DNA of 64,000 bases from an uncultured virus (IMG/VR IMGVR_UViG_3300033808_000111) (IMGVR_UViG_3300033808_000111), one strand, 5' to 3'. Shown: positions 46,761-54,783, numbered from the stretch's first letter. Notes: generated by a model from the letters alone, not told the origin. Made by a program: numbers and translations.

Positions 46761-47518
46761 CCGCCGCACTCGAGGCGCCGGGTTTCCACGGAAGCCGGAG
46801 CTTCGACAACCCCGAGTGGGTGAAACTCGAGCTTGGGGCGGAGCTTGGCGTGCGTCCCGAGCTTCTCGAGGCGCGAGCAGACGAGGGTTTTGTCGCGCCC
46901 GCGTGGGATATCTCGCGTCGCGACTGGGAAGACGTCGTCGGGCCCACGGGTTGGCGCGTCGTTCGGTCGCATGAGGACGAGCGGCAAATCGCGCGCGATC
47001 TCCTCGCGTGGGTCTTCAAGAACGAGCCGGACTTCTTCAAGGAAGAGGTCATCGAGATGCTCGTCGATCAAGACGCGCTCCGGGACGTGCTCCGCTCGAG
47101 GCTCTTGCCGGAGGTTCGCAACCAGATGCGCGCGGCTGCCAGAAACGACATTGAATGGTTCTGGGAGTACTTCGATCAAGCCAAGCTCGGGAAGAAGGTG
47201 CGCACAAAAGAATGGTTGCCGGAGCCGGATCTCGACGACATCGAGCGCGCTTCCCGCCATGAGGTCGAAAAGCAGATCCGTCATCCTGTGAGCGCCGTCG
47301 TGGATCGCTACGGTCGTTCCGACCCTGACGGCATCCGGGAGGCGGCGAGGCTCGGGCGCCTCGATCCGAAGAAAGCGGCCGAAGCCGTACTTGCTGGCAA
47401 GACAGGCTTGCCGACTCGTCCCGGCTACTGGCTCTACCAGCTCAGGGAGTCGAGCGACCCGCACGGAAGGACCTACGAGACGCCGTCGCTCTACGTCTTC
47501 TGGGAGTGGTGGGGGTGA
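46757..47518 (+). CDS. RETPSG family paralog
   Basis: SFDNPEWVKLELGAELGVRP..VDQDALRD..YETPSLYVFW. Confidence 0.85.
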   Translation: MTAALEAPGFHGSRSFDNPEWVKLELGAELGVRPELLEARADEGFVAPAWDISRRDWEDVVGPTGWRVVRSHEDERQIARDLLAWVFKNEPDFFKEEVIEMLVDQDALRDVLRSRLLPEVRNQMRAAARNDIEWFWEYFDQAKLGKKVRTKEWLPEPDLDDIERASRHEVEKQIRHPVSAVVDRYGRSDPDGIREAARLGRLDPKKAAEAVLAGKTGLPTRPGYWLYQLRESSDPHGRTYETPSLYVFWEWWG

Positions 47519-47850
47519 TGACCTCTTCGGCGGCAGCGATTCGCGGCTGGACGGACCGGGAGGCCGAGGAGGCGGGCGACGCTGACGGTCGTGCCTGGGC
47601 GCTCCGGACGATGCTCGCCGGTTCGGACGCGCTCGCGCGCTACGCCTCGGGTGCGGGCGAGAGGCGGCAGATGGCGCAGAAGATGGAGACCCTGATGCAG
47701 ATCGTCGCGCGGCAGAACGTCCGGCGTTTCGGGGCGAAGGACAACGCTCGGCGCGAGAGCAAGGTGCACCTCTACGTCGAGGCCTATGTCGCCGGCGCGA
47801 TGGAGGAGCTTGGTCGCGAGGCTTCGAGGCGCGGGGTGGAAGTTCGATGA
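47518..47850 (+). CDS. hypothetical protein
   Basis: coupled on both sides. Confidence 0.6.
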   Translation: MTSSAAAIRGWTDREAEEAGDADGRAWALRTMLAGSDALARYASGAGERRQMAQKMETLMQIVARQNVRRFGAKDNARRESKVHLYVEAYVAGAMEELGREASRRGVEVR

Positions 47851-48431
47851 CTCCTTCAGCGCGCGCCTCGGTCCTTTCGGACGCGATGGAGGAGCTTGGC
47901 CTCGAAGCCTATGTCCACGCGGCCTCGTATCCGAAGAACGCCAAGTACGTGATCGTAGACGAGCCTGCAAACGTTCCGCAGGGCAGAACACGGATGCACT
48001 TGTTTATGGCCCTTCTCACCGAGGACGACTCGATCGTGACGTGGGACGCCGAGCCGATGCGACCGGGACTTGCGCGGGAGCTTTTGTCGCGCGCGGGTCT
48101 CTGGAAGTTCTTCGAGCCCAAGAAAGTCACGTACGATGTTCACCTGGTCGAGTGGGACCTCGGCGGCAATCCTCGTCCGAGCAGAGATTCCATCGGACAA
48201 GTTGAGATCTGGACCGGACGCCGCTGGAACTCTCTCGAGACTGAGCTGCTCTTGTCTCTCGAAAAGTCTCTCCCGGGAGTGACTCGTGATCTCGAGGCTG
48301 TTGATCCTGGTGATCTGGGCGGCGTGCCGCTTGCGCAAGCAGATGCGTTCGACTTGCCGAGACGCATCGAGCTGAGAGAGCGCAGGGGAGAAGGCATTTG
48401 GCGTTTCGAGCTTCGAAGGGTGTTGAAGTGA
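47847..48431 (+). CDS. AEVLAD-domain paralog plus cargo shared with 48559
   Basis: RASVLSDAMEELGL..RAGLWKF; GN..SIG..PR....R......FEL. Confidence 0.82.
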   Translation: MTPSARASVLSDAMEELGLEAYVHAASYPKNAKYVIVDEPANVPQGRTRMHLFMALLTEDDSIVTWDAEPMRPGLARELLSRAGLWKFFEPKKVTYDVHLVEWDLGGNPRPSRDSIGQVEIWTGRRWNSLETELLLSLEKSLPGVTRDLEAVDPGDLGGVPLAQADAFDLPRRIELRERRGEGIWRFELRRVLK

Positions 48432-48562
48432 ATCCGAGATCGAGCTGGAAGCTCGAGCGCCTTTGCGGCGAAGCCGCGACGGCGTCTCCTGCTGCGAAGA
48501 CGCCGGAGGCGTCGTTAGCAAGAACGACGCGATGGACTGACCGTAGGGACGGAACGTCGTGA
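48428..48562 (+). repeat. repeat family A, expanded 131-bp variant with extra hairpins; mini-ORF 48428-48562
   Basis: GTGAATCCGAGATCGAGCTGGAAGCTCGAGCG..AACGACG..GGAACGTCGTGA. Confidence 0.75.
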
Positions 48563-49107
48563 AGCTCGATGCGAAGGCCATCGACGAGCGCACGGCCGTG
48601 CTCTCGGACTCGATCCAGGACCTCGGGTTCGGAACGCAGATCTACTATTGGAATGGTCTCGGGTATCTAGTGGGAGTGAGCGATCCTTCGAGGCCACCGA
48701 ACGAAGACTGGATGACCGAGATTTCCATCAATGAGGACGGCAGCGTGAGCGTCAGCGGCGAGCGCGAGCGCGGTTTCTCCGAGCAGCTCTTGAGGCGCGC
48801 CGCGCCCAGTTGGCGACTCTTGATCCACTACGACAACGGTTGGGAGGTTCACCCGATCGCCGCCGTGATGAACGAAGAAGGCAACTGGGAAGTCGAGAAG
48901 ATTCGCCCATCCATTGGTCGGATCGTGACCCAAGGTTGGTTCAAAGAGCGCATCGTCAGAGCGCTCCACGAGAAGCGCTACTTGCTGCGCTCGTTCGGTC
49001 CCGAAGACGTCGTTCTTGATACCGTTTCCGGCCACGGTCCGAGGACGCTTTGGGTGCGGGACGTAACGACCGATGAACCGCTCTTCGAGCTTAAGGAGAT
49101 CTGGTGA
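48559..49107 (+). CDS. AEVLAD-domain paralog plus cargo shared with 47847
   Basis: ERTAVLSDSIQDLGF..EDGSV..ERERGFSEQLL. Confidence 0.85.
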   Translation: MKLDAKAIDERTAVLSDSIQDLGFGTQIYYWNGLGYLVGVSDPSRPPNEDWMTEISINEDGSVSVSGERERGFSEQLLRRAAPSWRLLIHYDNGWEVHPIAAVMNEEGNWEVEKIRPSIGRIVTQGWFKERIVRALHEKRYLLRSFGPEDVVLDTVSGHGPRTLWVRDVTTDEPLFELKEIW

Positions 49108-49781
49108 AAGCCGCCGCAAGTGAATGGTCCGCGGTACTCGCCGACGGCCTCATGCAGCTCGGTCACGAGGTCCAATTCGAAGAGGAGCGTCACGGCATAG
49201 GTGGTCGCGCCGGAGAGGGCGTCCACATGCGCGTGCTCCATGCGACCGAGGGAGGTGCTGGTGAGCTGGCTCTCGTCTTCGTGCGAAACGACGGAGCGAT
49301 CGAGGTCCAGAGAGAATGGCGTCCTGGTTTCATCTCGGACGAGATGAAGAAGCTGGGCCTCTCAGGAGCGAAGCTCGCGCCGTCGCCCATCTCGAAGAGC
49401 GAGCTGATGGGTCTCGCTTCGCGCTTGAGCTTTCGCACTGGCGGCTCGCCGCCAAAGATCCTCAGCGGCGGATACCGCTGGTCGGACGCCAACGAGAGCG
49501 CGACGTTCGATACGACGACCGAGGACACGAACGTGCCCATGACGACGCTCGTCTCGCTCTTCGACGACGGGAGCTGGGCGCTCACTTTCTTCGAGGCGGA
49601 AGAGGCGCGTGGTGGCGACCTCCGCGATTCTCTCTGGAACCGGCTTTACGGGTCGAGCGATTCTCTCACGCCTTTGCTCGACGAGATGGAGGGCGACGTC
49701 GACGAAGCCCTCGACTACATCGACGATCTCGAAGCGCGGAGGCAGGAGCAGCGGTTTCGGGAAGAAGAGGACGAGGATTGA
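49104..49781 (+). CDS. AEVLAD-domain paralog plus acidic cargo
   Basis: WSAVLADGLMQLGH..NDGAIEVQREWRPGFI..KLGL. Confidence 0.85.
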   Translation: MKAAASEWSAVLADGLMQLGHEVQFEEERHGIGGRAGEGVHMRVLHATEGGAGELALVFVRNDGAIEVQREWRPGFISDEMKKLGLSGAKLAPSPISKSELMGLASRLSFRTGGSPPKILSGGYRWSDANESATFDTTTEDTNVPMTTLVSLFDDGSWALTFFEAEEARGGDLRDSLWNRLYGSSDSLTPLLDEMEGDVDEALDYIDDLEARRQEQRFREEEDED

Positions 49782-49782
49782 G

Positions 49783-50136
49783 CTACTGCAAGTGTGCGCC
49801 GAGCCCAGCGCGCTCGATGACGGCCCTGGCAGAAGCGACGGCCTCTTTCCCGTGGGCGGCGATGTGCCCCCACGAGGCGCGGAGCGAGATCCGCTCGTCT
49901 TCGTCGAGGCCGACCGTCACCCATTCGGCGTCGGGATTCCCGGATTCCCTCGTGTCGAAGTAGTGTGCCTTTGCTCGTGCGAAGGCCAGCTCTATCGCCC
50001 ATTCTGACGAAATCGCGACCGGCGTCGCTCTCCACCCGGCGTCGAGAAACAAGTCCCGAAGGACCTCGAGTCGCATCTTCTCCCGCGCGAGCTGGGCCTC
50101 GGTCCTTCCGACGGTGTGGTTGCGACTCGCAGCCAT
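49783..50136 (-). CDS. AEVLAD-domain family paralog (inverted pair, 2)
   Basis: LEVLRDLFLDAGW..IERAGLG. Confidence 0.82.
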   Translation of the reverse strand: MAASRNHTVGRTEAQLAREKMRLEVLRDLFLDAGWRATPVAISSEWAIELAFARAKAHYFDTRESGNPDAEWVTVGLDEDERISLRASWGHIAAHGKEAVASARAVIERAGLGAHLQ

Positions 50137-50138
50137 GG

Positions 50139-50501
50139 CTATTCCCACCTCCGAGGAGCCAGATGACTGCCGAGCCCGGCGCGCTCGATGACGGCGCGCG
50201 CAGCTTCGATGGCTGCCTCTCCTGCCTTGCCAGCGATGTCGCCCCACGAAGCTGAGAGCGTGATCCGGTCGCTCTCGTCGAGGGCGACGGAAACCCATTC
50301 GAAGTCGATTTCGGGAAGAGGCTCCCGCGGCTCGGTTTGCTTCACCTCGAACATGTATCGATCAAGAGCCACCGGTCGTCTCATAAAGCCGTGCACGTTG
50401 ATGACGCTCTGCTCGACGCGCGTGACTTTCCATCCGACGTCGAGAAAGAGATCGCGGAGCACTTCGAGGCTCTCTTTGGCTCGCTCGAATCGGTTAGCCA
50501 T
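50139..50501 (-). CDS. AEVLAD-domain family paralog (inverted pair, 1)
   Basis: LEVLRDLFLDVGW..IERAGLG. Confidence 0.82.
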   Translation of the reverse strand: MANRFERAKESLEVLRDLFLDVGWKVTRVEQSVINVHGFMRRPVALDRYMFEVKQTEPREPLPEIDFEWVSVALDESDRITLSASWGDIAGKAGEAAIEAARAVIERAGLGSHLAPRRWE

Positions 50502-50544
50502 GCTGCGTCTTGTGATCGTAGCCGAGCGCGGCGAGAATGTAGAG

Positions 50545-50997
50545 ATGACAGCTGCTCGACCTTCGCGGCTTACGCCGCTGCGCCGAACGAACCGTCAGGA
50601 CGCTCACGCGTCCTTCGGTGACCTCGCAGAGCGCGCGCTCCTCTTCGGCGTGGGCGGCTATGTGCTCGAGAACATGCTCTTCGGAGAGCGCAAGTCGGCA
50701 GTGTTCGGCGGTCGCGACATTCCCTTTCTCCCCGTCTACGCCGTCGGTGGATCGCTCGTCACGGTCCTCGGGCCGAGCTTGAAGGCGGCCGGACTGCCCT
50801 CCTGGTGGCGGGCCGTCGTTTACGCGGTGAGCTTGTCGGGAATCGAGTGGGTGGGGTGCAAGATCGACAGAGACTTGGGGGCGTGCTCTTGGGATTACTC
50901 GGGGCGTTCGTGTGCGGCTGTTGGGGAGGGGTGCGTGGATGCGGCGCACGCGGTGATGTGGGGAGCATTGGGGCTCTTGGCCGAGAGGCTCGCTTGA
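50545..50997 (+). CDS. ABC_trans_CmpB-like membrane protein ('putative ABC transporter permease')
   Basis: G..GY..E..PFLPVY..G..IE...G..WDYS..G......WG. Confidence 0.75.
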   Translation: MTAARPSRLTPLRRTNRQDAHASFGDLAERALLFGVGGYVLENMLFGERKSAVFGGRDIPFLPVYAVGGSLVTVLGPSLKAAGLPSWWRAVVYAVSLSGIEWVGCKIDRDLGACSWDYSGRSCAAVGEGCVDAAHAVMWGALGLLAERLA

Positions 50998-51272
50998 AAT
51001 CGGCACGCGACGCGGCCCGAGATCGCGCGGCGGTCATTTCTGATGGCCTTCAGGAGCTGGGGTACAAGACTCAGTTTTCTCGAGCACCGAGCGGTGGCTT
51101 TGAGGTCGTTTGGGTGGATCGGTTTGACGGTATTCCGCTCGGCGAGTTCTGGGTCAAAGATGATGGGATGATCGAGATCTCTTATCTCGGCGAAGAAGAG
51201 ATCTCGAGGGCCATCGAGAAGCTTGGTCTCGGCAAATGGATTTGGCGCGAGTCGGGAGTCGGTGAGCGCTGA
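50994..51272 (+). CDS. AEVLAD-domain family paralog
   Basis: DRAAVISDGLQELGY..DDGMIEI..EKLGLGKWI; TTGA overlap. Confidence 0.85.
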   Translation: MKSARDAARDRAAVISDGLQELGYKTQFSRAPSGGFEVVWVDRFDGIPLGEFWVKDDGMIEISYLGEEEISRAIEKLGLGKWIWRESGVGER

Positions 51273-51547
51273 TGACTTCTAATAAGCGCGAGGAGCGAGC
51301 GGAAGTCATCGCCGATGGTCTTCGAGACCTCGGTTACGACGTGTCGTGGTTCTCGATACTTCAAGACTTGATGATCGTAGATCGAGAACACTTTGCGATC
51401 GGCGATTATCTTGTGCACGACGATGGGATGATCGAGATTGTTCACGAGTATCAGAGCGAGTATCATCGCGAACGCGGTGAGCTGACTGCTGCGCTCGAGA
51501 AGCTTGGTCTTGGAAAATGGATTCTGCGCGAGCCGGTGAGGCGCTGA
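51272..51547 (+). CDS. AEVLAD-domain family paralog
   Basis: ERAEVIADGLRDLGY..DDGMIEI..EKLGLGKWI. Confidence 0.88.
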   Translation: MTSNKREERAEVIADGLRDLGYDVSWFSILQDLMIVDREHFAIGDYLVHDDGMIEIVHEYQSEYHRERGELTAALEKLGLGKWILREPVRR

Positions 51548-51859
51548 TGATTTCGAAGGCCGCGCGAGAAAGCCGAGGTCGTCGCCGATGGTCTCCAGGA
51601 ATTGGGTTACTTAGTCGAGTGGTGGTCGAAGGTCATCGGACGCCGTTCGAAGGATTTGATGTGCGTGGATCGTCGGCTCGGACCGACTGGTCACATCGTC
51701 GCGATCGGCGATTACGTCGTCTCGGACGACGGGATGATCGAGATCCTCCACGAGTACGAGCGGGGCGAGCTTACAGGTGCGCTCGAGAAGCTTGGTCTCG
51801 GCAAGTTCATCGCGCGACCAGTGCCGGAGCGCGCGCTCGTCGAGACTAGAAGGCGTTGA
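51547..51859 (+). pseudogene. AEVLAD-domain paralog with frameshift in first ~8 codons
   Basis: ATG 51547 gives MISKAARE; REKAEVVADGLQELGY..EKLGLGKF lies in the +1 frame with no start codon before the motif. Confidence 0.72.
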
Positions 51860-51862
51860 CCG

Positions 51863-52225
51863 ATGGCCTCTTCCCGCTCTCATCTGACCACGTCTCGCGT
51901 CCGGGACATGGAACGCGAGCGGCAGCAGCGCGCCGAGTGGGCTGCGGTCCTCGAGGATGCGATACAGGACATCGGGTATCTAACGCGCAGATCTTGGGAA
52001 GAACCAGGCCGCATCGTGATCTACGAACCTCTTTCACCGGACGCCAAGATTCTGGAATGGCATGGCACTCCTGTCCTTGTCGACAGCAAACTCGTCGGCG
52101 AGTTTTCCGTGCTCAGTCACCATCACATCTACATCATGAGTGGCGGCAGTGACCGTCGCGCGGTGAGAGAGATCATCAATCGCGCCGGCTTCCCGGACCT
52201 CGAGGACTTCTCGGAGATCTTCTGA
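51863..52225 (+). CDS. AEVLAD-domain family paralog (alternative start 51908)
   Basis: WAAVLEDAIQDIGY..NRAGF. Confidence 0.8.
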   Translation: MASSRSHLTTSRVRDMERERQQRAEWAAVLEDAIQDIGYLTRRSWEEPGRIVIYEPLSPDAKILEWHGTPVLVDSKLVGEFSVLSHHHIYIMSGGSDRRAVREIINRAGFPDLEDFSEIF

Positions 52226-52725
52226 TGGCCACCAAGTCTCTCCGCGAAGCCATCGAGACGGCGAACCAGTGGGGAGCCGTGATCGGCGACTCGCTGATGG
52301 ACCGCGGCTACGAGTGCAAGATCGTCCAGAGCACCAACCAGGGAAAAGACACGCCGGCAGTCGTGCTCGTCGTGCACAGAAGGCGCCATCGCGGCTGGGT
52401 CGGGGACTTGGTCGTCAGGTTTCACCGCGGAAAGATCCGGATCGAGGTCTTGTGGATCCCGAACGCCGAGTCGAGGAATGAGCTTGTCCGGGCGGTCGAG
52501 GATGTCGGGTTCGAGGTTTCCGGGGAGGAACGAAGACTGGTGGATGTGGATATTCCAATCGCATTGGCGGAGTTGCTGGAAGGTTGGGAAGATGAAAATG
52601 CACGGTTCGTTTACCGGGCGTGGAAGGAAGCGGGCGGTGCAGACGATGACGCTGCGGGTTTCGATGCGTTCCTCCAGGCACCTGGAGACATCAGCAGGAG
52701 ACGGGCCGGGTCCAGGCGAGCGTGA
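52225..52725 (+). CDS. AEVLAD-domain paralog plus cargo; stop supplied by family D repeat
   Basis: WGAVIGDSLMDRGY..RGKI..EDVGF. Confidence 0.8.
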   Translation: MATKSLREAIETANQWGAVIGDSLMDRGYECKIVQSTNQGKDTPAVVLVVHRRRHRGWVGDLVVRFHRGKIRIEVLWIPNAESRNELVRAVEDVGFEVSGEERRLVDVDIPIALAELLEGWEDENARFVYRAWKEAGGADDDAAGFDAFLQAPGDISRRRAGSRRA

Positions 52726-52794
52726 GCGAGCGGGGCACGTCTCCGCAGGAGACGGGCCGGGTCCGGGCGAACGTGAGCGAGTGGGGCACGTCTC
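52694..52794 (+). repeat. repeat family D, 51-bp tandem x2, each closed by GAGACG/CGTCTC stem
   Basis: direct reading. Confidence 0.92.
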
Positions 52795-52820
52795 GAGGCA
52801 GGGTTGCCGCCCTACGTGCT

Positions 52821-53183
52821 ATGACCGCTAAGCGCGCAGAAGTGAAGCGCGCGGAGGTTCTCGCGGTCCTTGGCGACCTCTTCGAGGACGAGGGGTTTCT
52901 CGTCGACCGAGAGTGGACACGTGACAGCATCAGGGTGCTGAGCGACATCGAGACCGCCTACGTCACGATGGTCCCCACCAAGTACAGCGACGAGGACCAC
53001 GCCGTCGAGGTCGAGGTCCGCACGGACGGCCGGCTCGCTGGAAGGCTCCGAGCGATCTTGAAGAGGATCGGGTACGACGTCGGAACCATGAGGGCGTTCA
53101 CGGTGAAGAGCGGGTGGTTCGCAGAGGGCAGGGGATGGAACTTCGTGGCCAGTTGGCTGAAAGTTCCCGAGGCAAGGACGTGA
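52821..53183 (+). CDS. AEVLAD-domain family paralog (in-frame upstream GTG 52722 inside repeat)
   Basis: RAEVLAVLGDLFEDEGF..KRIGY. Confidence 0.78.
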   Translation: MTAKRAEVKRAEVLAVLGDLFEDEGFLVDREWTRDSIRVLSDIETAYVTMVPTKYSDEDHAVEVEVRTDGRLAGRLRAILKRIGYDVGTMRAFTVKSGWFAEGRGWNFVASWLKVPEART

Positions 53184-53641
53184 AGATCTTCGGTATGAGC
53201 GGCGCCGCGGCGCTCAACCGCGTCGCGCATCTCTCTTGGAAGTGCGAGAAGGAAGAGCACTCCGGCGCGCTCGTCGGCTTCCTCGCGCAGCCCCCGAACG
53301 CGCCCTTCTTCATGGTCTGTAACTTCCGCCTCAAGAAGAAGGATGAGGTTTTGTCGATCGTCGAGACGGAGATCGAGTCCCATCAGGACTTTGACACCTG
53401 CAAGGGCTACAGCGTCTCGCTCGGCGAGTTCTGCGAGCACCTGAAAGAAGCAGGGGCGCTGCCCGGCTGGTGGATCGAGCCCGGCGACGTCGTCGAGATC
53501 GACCTCTACAACGTGACCGCGATGATGCAGTACTACTCGGTCTCCCTTCGAATCGAGCAGCGGTGCACGGACCACGAGGACTGCCGACGGCACCCGGCGA
53601 TCGGGCGGGAGTGTCTCAGGAAGCGCGTGTCAGAAGCGTGA
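53180..53641 (+). CDS. hypothetical protein with C-terminal CxxHxDC motif
   Basis: CTDHEDCRRHPAIGREC. Confidence 0.75.
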   Translation: MKIFGMSGAAALNRVAHLSWKCEKEEHSGALVGFLAQPPNAPFFMVCNFRLKKKDEVLSIVETEIESHQDFDTCKGYSVSLGEFCEHLKEAGALPGWWIEPGDVVEIDLYNVTAMMQYYSVSLRIEQRCTDHEDCRRHPAIGRECLRKRVSEA

Positions 53642-53744
53642 TCTCGCCCTGAACTGTCACCAAAAACCAAAAATTCAAAATCTGACCGTGCCTTAGAATC
53701 CTTCCGCGTCACGAATAACCGCAGCTCGCCTCAAAAAGTGACGG

Positions 53745-54029
53745 CTACGACTGTGCTCCGCGAAAAGCGAGGCGCAAAAACCAGCGGGCGCAGACGATCC
53801 CGGCGATGACAGCGCTAAGCGTAAAGCCTACGCCTGGCTCCCATCCTGCCCAACTCAGGATTGTCGGCACCCAAGGTAACCCGGCGCCCGTGAGAAACAC
53901 GAACATCGCAAGACCGGCGCCGATGGTCTTTGCCAAGTGCCACCCAAACTTCCGACATGCATCCGTCTCTTTGGTCTCGGTCTGCGTTGCGGCCGCTGCT
54001 TGATTCGGCGTCTGCATCAATCTGAGCAT
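53745..54029 (-). CDS. membrane protein
   Basis: two hydrophobic helices; RBS GGAG. Confidence 0.55.
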   Translation of the reverse strand: MLRLMQTPNQAAAATQTETKETDACRKFGWHLAKTIGAGLAMFVFLTGAGLPWVPTILSWAGWEPGVGFTLSAVIAGIVCARWFLRLAFRGAQS

Positions 54030-54082
54030 CGCTCCATGTCGACCTCGGGTCGATGTCCTCATGAACAGCGTTTCGGGACATG

Positions 54083-54334
54083 TCACTCGCTATGCTCGCG
54101 CAGCCAACTCCAGAACGTTTCTGGCATCCACCCATCATTCTGGTACAGCGCGGACACGAACACGTTCCCGAACGACTTTAACTGCTCAGACCAAAAGACG
54201 TGGTCGTGCTGCGAACAAACGACCCAAGCGGTCGGCGTGAGCCGATACATGCTGTGAATCGACTCTTTCATCCGCTGCTCGACCTTGTCGAACGTGACAC
54301 CGGGTTTTGGCCATACGACGACGACGTGCAGCAC
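54083..54334 (-). CDS. small ferredoxin-like/SinR-type protein
   Basis: ..RL..TAWVV.S..FVS....GWM...W.WL pattern; start uncertain. Confidence 0.5.
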   Translation of the reverse strand: MLHVVVVWPKPGVTFDKVEQRMKESIHSMYRLTPTAWVVCSQHDHVFWSEQLKSFGNVFVSALYQNDGWMPETFWSWLREHSE

Positions 54335-54345
54335 GGTCGTTCTCG

Positions 54346-54783
54346 TTATGCGCCGGGTGTGCCGGGTTGCGGCGCCGGGTTCTGATTCTCCGGTTTGCGC
54401 TCCGCCTGACCCGCCGTGATCGGTGCCTTCAATAAGTGCAGCTGACTTTCGGCGGTCAGCTCGGTTGGACTGAACAAGAGCCACGGGTCCTTGCGGACGA
54501 GAAAGGCGACCAGCGCGATGCTGGCGATGAGACCCAACAGGATGCATCCGAGGAGTACCCAGCGCAGCGCCGTAATGGTCGGTGCTGGTTCTGACTTGAG
54601 CGTGTCGAGGTAAGCGCTTGCCGACACCGTTGCCGCCAAGATCACCGTCAACGACAAGAACAAGCGGCCGGCCATTTGAAGCGGACCACCTCTCGTTTCG
54701 GGGTTCTCTCGCAAGTGAAGGGCTTCGGCAACCGTCTTTACGAGTTCGGCGGCGCCAGCGACAGAGTCTTTGCCATCGCCCAT
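54346..54783 (-). CDS. two-TM membrane protein
   Basis: two TM helices followed by P.LLFSP.EL. Confidence 0.6.
   Translation of the reverse strand: MGDGKDSVAGAAELVKTVAEALHLRENPETRGGPLQMAGRLFLSLTVILAATVSASAYLDTLKSEPAPTITALRWVLLGCILLGLIASIALVAFLVRKDPWLLFSPTELTAESQLHLLKAPITAGQAERKPENQNPAPQPGTPGA

Noticed and set aside
42519..53183. Diversity-generating retroelement behind paralog diversity
   Set aside because: No reverse transcriptase and no TR/VR pair with adenine-specific differences seen.
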